Source: the human T2T-CHM13v2.0 reference genome, Homo sapiens
NCBI RefSeq assembly: GCF_009914755.1
Contig: NC_060940.1
DNA: 64,000 bases
Reading direction: 5' to 3' (one strand)
The notes under the pieces are model-generated. The model was not told the DNA's origin and did not search any database. It was given only the letters and a program-made list of their open reading frames with translations. Position numbers and translations under genes: made by a program. Shown here piece after piece: positions 17,085-32,034 of this stretch. How positions within the stretch are numbered: position 1 is the stretch's first letter; each line of letters begins with the position of its first letter.

Positions 17085-17705
17085 TCAGGACACCAGGAAG
17101 ATGCACTTGACCTGCAAGAGACTGTTTGAATACATCTTCCCTAAGAGGATGGACTGATGCTGCAGGCTGGACAAACCGCCAAGCTGAGCTCCAAGGTCCC
17201 CCTGACTGAGCCCTGGGATCCTCTTGACCTTCAGCAGAACTCCACCTTTGAAGTCCGGTACCCACCAGGCGGCTGGATGAGCGTGCCTCCATGCAGGGGC
17301 GCTCAGGCAGAAAGTCAGCCAGAGCAGATGAAACCTGAATTGTTATCCCAACCAAAAATTACAGCACGATGTTGCCCTCCCTTGTTTTTTTGACATACAC
17401 CTGGGTGTTAAAGACCCCTCCATGTTGACCCCGTGGGGCATGGGCCAGACAGCCCAGTGGAGGAGACGACCAGGACCAGCCCTGGTGAACGTGAAAACCC
17501 AGAAGTGACAGCATTGGACATCAGATATCAGTGACCCCAGCTGGAAACAGATTTGATATTTGAGAATTTTCACTGGAGCTTAAATATGATAAGTTTAGGA
17601 CGGTAGACATTTTTATGGGTTTTTTTGTAAGTATGATCTTGACTAATCAAACTGTCTATAAAAGAAATTGAATGGGCTGAATCAATGGCTAATATGGATA
17701 CCTCA
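17085..17705 (+). pseudogene. Processed pseudogene (retrocopy) of ependymin-related protein 1 (EPDR1), 5'-truncated and frameshifted
   Basis: Colinear peptides CKRLFEYI, LTEPWDPLDLQQNSTFE, RKSARADET*I, FFDIHLGVKDPSMLTP and terminal TGG-TGA (to 17488) match recalled EPDR1 CKRLFEYI/LTQPWDPLDIPQNSTFE/RKSARSYETWI/FFDIQLGIKDPSVFTP/W*. No introns. 3'UTR-like sequence runs to ~17705. Confidence 0.9.
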
Positions 17706-17749
17706 GGGGTTTTTGTGTGTTTTTTTTGTTTTGTTTTGTTTTGTTTTGA

Positions 17750-18055
<306 letters not shown>

Positions 18056-19001
18056 TAGCTGGGATTACAGGTGCCACCATGCTGGGCTAGTTTTTGTATT
18101 TTTAGTAGAGACAGGAGTTTCACCATGTTGCCCAGGCTGGTCTGGAACTCCTGACCTCAAGTGATCTGCCTGCCTAAGCCTCCCAAAGTGTGGGGATTAC
18201 AGGCATGAGCCACCGCTCCCGGTCTTAATTTTTGTATTTTTTTGTATAGACGAGGTCTCGCCATGTGGCCCAGGCTGGTCTCAAACTCCTGGGCTCAACC
18301 AATGTGCCCTCCTCAGCCTCCCAAATTGCTGGGATTACAGCGTGAGCCACCACGCCTGGCCTCGTTTTTTTTTAACAGTGCTAAGAGGTAAGGAGGACTC
18401 CCTAGGAGCAGTTCGCAGTGGCAGGGAGGCATATTTTATTACTGACATTGTTGAGAATTGATAGTGATAATAAAAGGCAGAATGATTTGGATCAGTTTAA
18501 TTATTAAGTTCTTTATAGACAGCCTGGATCAGGGTAGGGGACTGCTCCCACTGCCCTGTCCCAAAATGCTCCCTTAAAATTATTTCCAGATATTTAAGAG
18601 CTTTATGGCATGACCCAATTGCTATAAAAATTTTAACTTGAAGGAAAATCTATACTATAAAGTAATCGTTTCTTTAAAGATACATTTTAAGCAAGAGGGT
18701 TTGGAAAAATCTTTATGTCTACACCTGGTAAGCACAAGCCATGTATATTCCGTTTTTCTTTCTTTCTTTCTTTCTTTGTTTTTGTAAAAAAATTTTGTTT
18801 TGAGCCAGGGTCTCACTCTGTTGCTCAGGCTGGAGTGCAGGGGCGCAATCACCGCTCACTGCAGCCATGACCTCCCCAGGCTCAGGTGATCCTCTGGCGT
18901 CAGCCACCTGAGTAGCTGGGACCACAGGCACGAGCCACCACACCTGGCTAACTTTTGTATTTTCTGTAGAGATGGGAATTTCGCCATGTTGCTCAGGCTG
19001 A

Positions 19002-19364
<363 letters not shown>

Positions 19365-19367
19365 TAA

Positions 19368-19559
<192 letters not shown>

Positions 19560-19677
19560 TAAACATTTGCAGACTGGAGAATGCATGCCTCTCTGGTCTT
19601 TACTTTCCTCTTCTGTTAAATGGGGTCGGGTTTGCTGATCTCCCAGAAGACATCAGTAATAAAATTTATTATTTTAG

Positions 19678-20100
<423 letters not shown>

Positions 20101-20578
20101 TAGTTGTCAGGAGAAAATGTCACACCTCTATTATGGTGAAAACTGTGTATTACTCATAGTTATCTATACATTTAATGCAAAAATATAATTTGTAGTGTAC
20201 ATGATGTTCTGCAACCTGTGTTTTTCATTAGGAATGTATTATGGACATCTTTCTCATCAGAGATAGAGATACATTCTCTCTCTAAAGAGTATTGAATGGC
20301 TACAGTGTTTCACAGAAGGAAACTGATCAGTCACCTACTGATGGACATTTAGGTTGTTTCCGATTTTTGGTTTTTGCTTTTTTTAGAGACAGGGTGTTGC
20401 TCTGTCGCCCAGGCTGGAGTGCAGAGGCACCATCATGGCTCAAGCCATCCTCCTGCCTCATCCTCCTGAGTAGCTGGGACTACAAGTACACACCACCATG
20501 CCAGTCTTTTTTTTTTTTTTTTTTAGATATGGGGTCTCGCTATGTTGCCCAGGCTGGGTTTCCTGTTTTTCACTACTA

Positions 20579-21013
<435 letters not shown>

Positions 21014-21356
21014 TCAAAGAAAAAAAAAAAAAGACAGCATCCACTGATATTTAAAACGATGATATCACACAGCCAAGAAAACTTGCAAATGCAGCTGCCA
21101 GATTTGACATTTTTATCTGGGATGGGGTTGTGAGATCATATGGATATATTTTGTTTAACCTCATTTAGATTTCTTGTGTCCTCTTGGAACACAGCAATGT
21201 CCAATCCACCTTAATTACGTATTCTGCCTTCAGCCTGGGAAGCTTCTGTTCCTTTGAGCTAGTGACTTCGTACATCCCTCAGGCTATCCAACAGAGAGGA
21301 AGTCTTGCTGTGTTGCCTAGGCTGGAGTGCAGTGGTGCGATCATGGCTCACTGTAG

Positions 21357-21737
<381 letters not shown>

Positions 21738-21990
21738 TAAAATTAGCTGGGCATGATGGTGCGTGCCTAAAGTCCCAACTACTTGGGAGGCTGAGGTGGG
21801 AGGATCCCCTGAGCCCTAGAGGTCGAGGCTACAGTGAGCAAGGTTGCTCCACTGTATTCAGCCTGGACGACAGAGTGAGAACCTGTCTCAAAAATAAATA
21901 AATAGGCCGGGTGCGATGGCTCATGCCTGTAATCCTAGCACTTTGGAAGCCGAGGCGGGTGGATGACTTGAGGTCAGGAGTTTGAAATCA

Positions 21991-22239
<249 letters not shown>

Positions 22240-22489
22240 TTAATTAAAAATAAAAGAATTAGAAAACAAGCTTCACCTCCTCCAGGAAGTGTGCCTTCAT
22301 CTCCCTATCTCCAGAGAGGTTAGGTGCCCTCCTGGGAGCTCCCAGCCCTCTGCGTTTACTCCAAGCTGATGGCGCTGGGTTGTCATAGGTGTGCCTAGCA
22401 ACGTCACGAAGGTGTAACTCTAAGCAGGAAGAAAATAAACTTCCTCGTGGCAGATTTTACATGCACCTGGAGGCTTGAGGATGGGAAAA

Positions 22490-23070
22490 TGAAACCATCC
22501 CTGTAAACCTCATGCAATTAATCAGAGAACAGAGAGGAGAAATGGAAACAAGCCAGGCTTGCAGCACACCCAGCGCTGATCATGAGGTCAGCTGCCCCCT
22601 GATCTGCTTCCTCTTAGTTGTCTGGTGCCTGCTGTTCTAGAATCACGTAGACCTGGTTACAAGATCATAGTTCCCCTTAACTGCACTAGAGATAGCAACT
22701 TGAACGTTATGAAACATTAAATGTTACTTTTGAGAAATTCCTTCAGGTCCTGCGTGCCGGTGAAGCGACTGACTCCGCCAGCCTGAAGGACCCCACCAGG
22801 AGCTAACTCCCCAAAAATGTCTTTTTCACATCATGATGATTTCATTTCCCTTGCTCTGACCAATGACCCCAATTTTCTAGCCTCTCACCCTCCATAATCC
22901 CCTTAAAAGCCCCATCCCAGAATTCCCTGGGGAGATGCATTCGCAGGTCTCCTCCTATCCCCTTGCACAGTGCCCTGTGATTATGAAACTCTCTCTACTG
23001 CATCCCTGCTGTCCAGTGTAATAGGGCTGTGACAGGGCAGCAGGCATACAAATCTGCTGTTCCTGTAACA
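22490..23070 (+). mobile_element. ERV1-class solo LTR (LTR26-like)
   Basis: Begins TGAAACCATCCC, ends CCTGTAACA, 581 bp, flanked by AAAA on both sides (4-bp TSD). Subfamily from recall. Confidence 0.7.
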
Positions 23071-23092
23071 AAAAGCACACCTCTACGTCTAG

Positions 23093-23317
<225 letters not shown>

Positions 23318-23336
23318 TGAACTCCTGACCTGGTGA

Positions 23337-23879
<543 letters not shown>

Positions 23880-24023
23880 TGATCTTAGCAGAGCCTCATG
23901 TATTCAACTAGACATTTACTGAGCTCAGACTGAGTGCCAGGCATTGAGGATACAATATGGCAGGCAAGATTCCTGCCCCGAGAATAATGATAATTAAAAT
24001 AGCAAGCATTTATTGCACACTGA

Positions 24024-24248
<225 letters not shown>

Positions 24249-24867
24249 TAGCTAGGCTGGTCTCGAACTCCTGATCTCGTGATCCACCCACCTCGGCCTC
24301 CCAAAGTGCTGGGATTACAGGTGTGAGCTACCGTGCCCGGCCCCAACCTTCTTTTCTTTTTCTTTTTCGAGTGCAGTGGCACGATCATAGCTCACCGCAG
24401 CCTCAAACTCCTGACCTCAAGTGATCCTTCCACCTCAGCCTTTCAAAACAGTGGGATTGCAGGTGTGCCTCACCTTATCCAGCCTAGGTGCCATTAATCC
24501 CACTGTATAGACGAGTAAACAAACATGCAGACTAAGCTTGTCTAAGAGCACACAGCTAACTAGGGGGCAGAACCAAGCTTTAGACCTGAGAAGCCCTGTT
24601 CCAGAGCCTACTCCTTTAACCATTAACTAAACTAAACCAACGGTTGCATGCCAGTGGGGACAAATAATGGTAAAGCAAACAAATAAAAAAGATACTGGCC
24701 AGGTGGCTCACGCCTGTAATCCCAGCACTTTGGGAGGCCGAGGCGGGCAGATCACCTGAGGTCAGGAGTTCGAGACCAGCCTGGCCAACGTGGTGAAACC
24801 CCGTCTCTACTAAAAATATAAAAATTAGCCGGGCGTGGTGGCACAAGCCTGTAATCCCAGCTACTCA

Positions 24868-25017
<150 letters not shown>

Positions 25018-25135
25018 CTATTGCCCAAGCTGGCCTTGAACTCCCAGCTTCAAGCAATCCTCCCAGCTTACCCTCCCAGAGCCCTGGAATTACAGGCATG
25101 AGCTACCGCACTAGGCCAATCTTTGCTTAATTTAA

Positions 25136-25567
<432 letters not shown>

Positions 25568-26719
25568 TGAACTCCTGACCTCAGGTGATCCACCCACTTT
25601 GTGGATCTCCCAAAGTGCTGGGACTACAGGCATAAGCCACCACGCTCGGCCTCATTGTGTCTTCTGCCTCAGTACATCCATATTTTGAAATACATATTAT
25701 TTTATTATAATTTGTTTTTGAGACAGGGTCTCCCTCTGTCACCGGGCACTGTAGCATGTGTCTTTCAAACATTATCTCATTTGATCCTCTCCCCAACTCT
25801 AGGAAGAAGATACAATTATTATCATCCTTATTTTACAGAATTGGAAACCAAGGCACAGAGAGGTGAAGGGACTCGCCCAAGGTCACACGGAAAGTGGTGG
25901 GTCAGGGGATTGAACTGAGGGCAACTGGCTCCAGACCCTGAACTCTCCAACCCTCTGCCACCCTCCTCCTAGGTGAGGGAGATTACATTACTGGGGACCC
26001 TGTTTCAGGATATTAAGGGGTTTTCCAAGATGTTTCTCATAGAAAAAAGAAAAAAAAGGGTGTGGCTCATGCCTGTAATCCCAGCACTTTGGGAGGCCGA
26101 GGCAGGCAGATGACTTGAGGTCAGGAGTTCAAGATCAGCCTGTCCAACATGGTGAAACCCCATCTCTACTAAAAATACAAAAATTAGCCAGGCATGGTGG
26201 CAGATGTCTATAATCCCAGCTATTCGGGAGGCTGAGCCAGGAGAATTGCTTGAACCTGGGAGGAGGAGGTTGCAGGTTGCAGTGAGCCAAGATCACACCA
26301 CTGCACTCCAGCCGGGCGACAGAGACTCCATTTCAAAAAAAAAAAAGAAGACAAGCAAGATGTTGAGTGTGACTGGGTGGAAGCCACTGACTTGTCCCTG
26401 GCACAAGTGTGCTGATATCCCTTCCCCCTCCTTCCTCACATCCTGCATCTCAGCGAGAATTGGGGTGCCGGGGTTAGCTGTGTGGCCGTCATCCCAGGCC
26501 CAGGTGAAGCCCTCGATCAGGTGAGGCCATGATCCCAACGAGTGTTTTAGCCCAGATCCTGCCTCTTCCCTGCTTTCTGCCGAGAAGCGGGACCTCCTCT
26601 ATGGAAAATATCCAGCTGGGTGAGCCTGGGAGGGAGGAGGTGAGTTGGGCTGGACTCAGGGACCGACTCTTCCCGTCTCATGACTGTGTTTACTGGGCTG
26701 GATTTTGGGAAGGGGCCAG

Positions 26720-26728
26720 ATTGCATCA
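26720..26728. promoter_or_regulatory. NUPR1: C/EBP-ATF composite element (AARE/CARE) of NUPR1 promoter
   Basis: ATTGCATCA (= TGATGCAAT on -), an exact ATF4-C/EBP consensus ~55 bp upstream of the TATA box. NUPR1 is an established ATF4 stress target. Confidence 0.85.
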
Positions 26729-26782
26729 GACAGGGCCTGATGGGCTGGAGCCAGACTGTGGTCTGAGGAGGAGACACAGCCT

Positions 26783-26788
26783 TATAAG
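26783..26788 (+). promoter_or_regulatory. NUPR1: NUPR1 TATA box
   Basis: TATAAG ~95 bp upstream of the ATG. Confidence 0.75.
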
Positions 26789-26878
26789 CTGAGGGAGTGG
26801 AGAGGCCCGGGGCCAGGAAAGCAGAGACAGACAAAGCGTTAGGAGAAGAAGAGAGGCAGGGAAGACAAGCCAGGCACG

Positions 26879-26990
26879 ATGGCCACCTTCCCACCAGCAA
26901 CCAGCGCCCCCCAGCAGCCCCCAGGCCCGGAGGACGAGGACTCCAGCCTGGATGAATCTGACCTCTATAGCCTGGCCCATTCCTACCTCG
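26879..26990 (+). CDS. NUPR1: NUPR1 (p8/COM1) coding exon 1, MATFPPATSAPQQPPGPEDEDSSLDESDLYSLAHSYL-G
   Basis: Recognised N-terminus. Donor TCG|GTAAGG at 26990/26991 (phase 1). Confidence 0.98.
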
Positions 26991-27576
26991 GTAAGGCCCA
27001 CTCAGCCATCTCCACGGTCCTTCCTCCTCTCCCGAAATCAGGACCCACCCCTCTTGTTTCCTCTCATTTCCTTTCCTTTCCTCTTCGTTTCTTTCTTTCT
27101 TTTTTTTTGAGAGAGTCACTCTGTCACCCAGGCTGGAGTGCAGTAGTGTGATCACAACAACTCAAACAACTCACCGCAGCCTCGAACTCCTGGGCTCAAG
27201 TGATCCTCCTGCTTCAGCCTCCTGAGTGGCTGGAACTTCAGGTGTACACCACCTGCAGTGGTGAGATGGGGTCTCACTATGTTGCCCAGGCTGATCCCAA
27301 ATTCCTGGGCTCAAGCAATTCTCCTGCCTTGGCCTCCCAAAGTGCTGAGATTACAGGAGTGAGCCACCCTGCCCAGCCCACTCACCCTTTTCTAGCCAAC
27401 CTGTTCCTTGGACCCTCACGTCACCCCTGTCTAATCCCTTATCCCAGGAGTGCTATGTTACTCAGCCTGGGACCTCACACACATCTGGGGTCCCACATTC
27501 CACAGAGGGGAAGCAGCAGGCTTCTCCCTGCTCTTCCCATCCCCACAACCCTGAACCCCTGCCTCTCCTCTGACAG

Positions 27577-27630
27577 GGCCTCTCATCATGCCTATGCCCA
27601 CTTCACCTCTGACTCCTGCCTTGGTTACAG
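27577..27630 (+). CDS. NUPR1: NUPR1 alternative 54-nt 5' extension of exon 2 (100-aa isoform; adds PLIMPMPTSPLTPALVTG)
   Basis: Upstream acceptor CTCTGACAG|GG at 27576/27577. In frame, 18 codons, no stop. Confidence 0.88.
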
Positions 27631-27767
27631 GAGGTGGAGGCCGGAAAGGTCGCACCAAGAGAGAAGCTGCTGCCAACACCAACCGCCCCAGCCCTGGCGG
27701 GCACGAGAGGAAACTGGTGACCAAGCTGCAGAATTCAGAGAGGAAGAAGCGAGGGGCACGGCGCTGA
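27631..27767 (+). CDS. NUPR1: NUPR1 coding exon 2, GGGRKGRTKREAAANTNRPSPGGHERKLVTKLQNSERKKRGARR*; exon continues to 27780
   Basis: Acceptor TTACAG|GA. 112+137=249 nt = 82 aa + TGA. Donor GAG|GTAAGG at 27780/27781. Confidence 0.98.
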
Positions 27768-28116
27768 GACAGAGCTGGAGGTAAGGAGTCGGGGGGCCCA
27801 GAGAGCTCAAGGTGGTGCTTCTGCCATGAAGGACAGGCCGGAAGGTGTGTGATTGGGTGGGGAGGAGGGATCAGGCAACTGTTGTCTTGATGCAGAATAA
27901 AACGAGACATATGTTTGATTGTGAGTTTCCTAGTGGCCAGAGCAAAGTGGGAACACAGAACCTTTCCAATTGAAGGGAAATTTGACTTACAGAGACAGAA
28001 ATTGAGGATAGAGAGGGTGGGTCCTTCCCTGGAGTCACAAATCAAGTGAGTGGGAGAGGCAGAATTAGAACCCAGATCTCTGTCCCTTTTACCACCTGCT
28101 TTTCCTCACCCCCCAG

Positions 28117-28420
28117 ATGAGGCCAGACCATGGACACTACACCCAGCAATAGAGACGGGACTGCGGAGGAAGGAGGACCCAGGACAGGATCCAGGCCGGC
28201 TTGCCACACCCCCCACCCCTAGGACTTATTCCCGCTGACTGAGTCTCTGAGGGGCTACCAGGAAAGCGCCTCCAACCCTAGCAAAAGTGCAAGATGGGGA
28301 GTGAGAGGCTGGGAATGGAGGGGCAGAGCCAGGAAGATCCCCCAGAAAAGAAAGCTACAGAAGAAACTGGGGCTCCTCCAGGGTGGCAGCAACAATAAAT
28401 AGACACGCACGGCAGCCACA
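28117..28420 (+). other. NUPR1: NUPR1 exon 3 (3'UTR), to the proximal poly(A) site
   Basis: Pyrimidine tract + CCCCAG|ATG acceptor at 28116/28117. AATAAA at 28394-28399. 3' end approximate. Confidence 0.85.
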
Positions 28421-28470
28421 GCTTGGGTGTGTGTTCATCCTTGTTCTTTGTGTGTTTTTGTTCGGGCATG
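28394..28470 (+). terminator. NUPR1: NUPR1 polyadenylation signal and GU-rich downstream element
   Basis: AATAAA at 28394-28399 followed by GGGTGTGTGTT...TTTGTGTGTTTTTG. Confidence 0.85.
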
Positions 28471-28943
28471 TGTGTGCTTGCCTGTGCCTGCACATTCATG
28501 AGCCTGAGAGAGCATCTTTGATGTGTATTTGTGTTTGGTGTATGTATCTGGGGCAGGGAGTGTTCCTGCTCTTGCAGGGTCTACGCTGTGAATGCAGCTT
28601 TTGGTTTGTTTGCTTTTGCTTGCATATATTTTAGTGCATACATTTCTGTGGGCTCCTACGTAGTGGAAAGGAATTTCTTCTGCTTTTTTGCGATACTGCC
28701 CATGAAACACGGCCCTCCCCAGCACCTGTTTTTGTTGATTGTGTCCTGTTCATAGACGGGAACGCTACTTATGAGTGCCATCTAAAAGTCAGAGAAAACT
28801 GAGATTTAAAATATTAAAAGCCAGGGCCGGGGGCAGTGGCTCACGCCTGTAATCCCAGCACTTTGGGAGGCCGAGGTGGGTGGATCACAAAGTCAGGAGT
28901 TCAAGACCAGCCTGACCAACATGGTGAAACCCCATCTCCACTA

Positions 28944-29192
<249 letters not shown>

Positions 29193-29412
29193 TTACTTGA
29201 GCCTAGGAGTTTGAGACCAGCCTGAGCATCATAGTAAGACCCCATCTCTACAATTTTTTTTTTGAGACAGAGTCTCACTCTGTTGCTCAGGTTAGAGTGC
29301 AGTGGCACCATCTTGGCTCACTGCAACCTCTGCCTCCCGGGTTCAAGCAATTCTCGTGCCTACGCCCCCTGAGTAGCTGGGATTACAGGTGAGCACCACC
29401 ACGCCTGGCTAA

Positions 29413-29727
<315 letters not shown>

Positions 29728-30052
29728 TAGTAGAGATGGGGTTTCATCATGTTGGCCAGGCTGGTCTCAAACTCCTGGCCTCAAATGATCTGCCCACCTC
29801 AGCCTTCCAGCCTTTGGGAGGCCAAGGAGGGAGGATCGCTTGAGGCCAGGAGTTCGAGACCAGCCTAGGCAACATACCAAGGCCCTGTCTCTACAAAAAT
29901 TTAAAAATTAGCAAAGCATGGTGGCTCATGCCTGTAGTCCTAGTTGCTCAGAGGCTGAAGTTGGAGGATCCCTTGAACCCAGTTGGAGGCTACAGTAAGC
30001 CATGATGGTGCCACTGCACTGCAGCCTGAGCAATAGAGTGAAACCATGTATT

Positions 30053-30183
30053 GAAAAAGAAAGAAAGAAAGAAAGAGAAAAAGAAGGAAGGAAGGAAAAG
30101 AAAGGAAGGAAGAAAGAAAAGAAAGAGAGAAAGGAGAGAAAAAGAAGAAAGAGAGAGAAAGAAAGAAGAAAGAAAGAAAGAAA

Positions 30184-30215
<32 letters not shown>

Positions 30216-30257
30216 AAAGAAAGAAAGAAAGAAAAGAAAGAAAGAAAGAAAGAAGGA

Positions 30258-30309
<52 letters not shown>

Positions 30310-30312
30310 AAA
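30053..30312. repeat. (AAAG)n/(GAAA)n polypurine microsatellite; second (GGAA/GGGA)n tract at ~30480-30576
   Basis: Directly visible, derived from Alu tails. Confidence 0.95.
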
Positions 30313-31652
30313 GAGCGAGCCCCGGCACAGTGGCTCACACCTGTAATCCCAGCACTTTGGGAGGCCAAGGCAGGCGGATCACCTGAGGTCAGTAGTTCGA
30401 GTTCGAGGCAGAAGTTGTGGTGAGCCAAGATCACGCCATTGCACTCCAGCCTGGGCAACAAGAGCAAAACTCCATCTCAAAAAAAGAAAAAGAGAGAGAA
30501 AGAAAGAGAGAAGGAGGGAAAGAAAGAGGAAGGAAAGGAGGGAGGGAAGGAGGGAAGGAGGAAAGGAGGGAAGGAAATATTAAGGGATTTGCCCTAGCTC
30601 ACTCAGGGCTCATATTCAGGGATCTTATTGTCTTCAGATATGAGGTGGGTCCCCAGGCCAAGGGGGCTGTGGGACAGGGTTCTGGGAAGTGAGATGGGGG
30701 AGGGAGATTCTTATTCAGTGCTATGTCTCAGGACCAGAGTTGAAGAAAAATATGGGGCAAACAGGAAGTGTGGTTGGAGCTGAGATTATTTGTTGATTGA
30801 GATACAGGTTTGGGTTGCTATTATGAAGAATCAAAACAGGATACAAAGTTACTCCTCTCTTACTTAGCCCCAAGTCCTCCTGGGTTCAAATGGCAGCTCC
30901 ATTGTGTTGAGGATTCCAGCTATTTTTACTCACTGTTCTGCCACACCCAAAACATGGCTTCCACTTTGAGGCCCAAAATAGCTACTCCAATACCTGCCAT
31001 CACGTTTGCATCTCAGCCTGTGGAAAGAGTGTGGAAGAGACAGAGGAGGCCACACCTCTTCAATTTTAGGGCATAATCTAAAAGTAGAACACATCACATC
31101 TGCTCCGAATGTGGCTACATGGCCACACCCAACTACGAGAGAGGTTGGGAAATGTAGCATTGAGCTGCTTAGCCACGTGGTAGCCAAAACTTGGGCAACA
31201 GCAGGGTTTTATGATGAAAGGGAACCAGAGAGAGTGAATACACGAAGAAGCTAGCAAGAAACATTGCCCACATGCAGACTCAACAGATGTCGGGGGAGAA
31301 AACTCTGAGATTGGGCCCCGGGCAGAGCCTGTTTCCTTTTCCCCTGTCCCTTTCACATAAGCCCCACACTGCAGAACTTGGAGTCAGTGGTTCATGGGGA
31401 CCCAAGGACATCCACAGAAGACCGAAGTACCTGATAGAGCAGGAACAGATGCACGTCAGACTACGACCAGCTTGAACCCTTGGGGACCTGTATCCATCCC
31501 CTTCCCTTGAGTCCAGCCTAATCACAGCCACAGAATGAATCCATGACCGGGAAGGACATTTAAGGACCTCTGGCCCAACTCTCCCCACGCAACAGTGGGA
31601 TTGCCTCTGCTTGTTTGAATACCACTATGGAGGGGGAACTTGCTACATTTAA

Positions 31653-32034
<382 letters not shown>

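Noticed and set aside
29940-30692. K/E/R-rich and F/L/S-rich ORFs
   Set aside because: Translations of (AAAG)n/(GGAA)n tracts.
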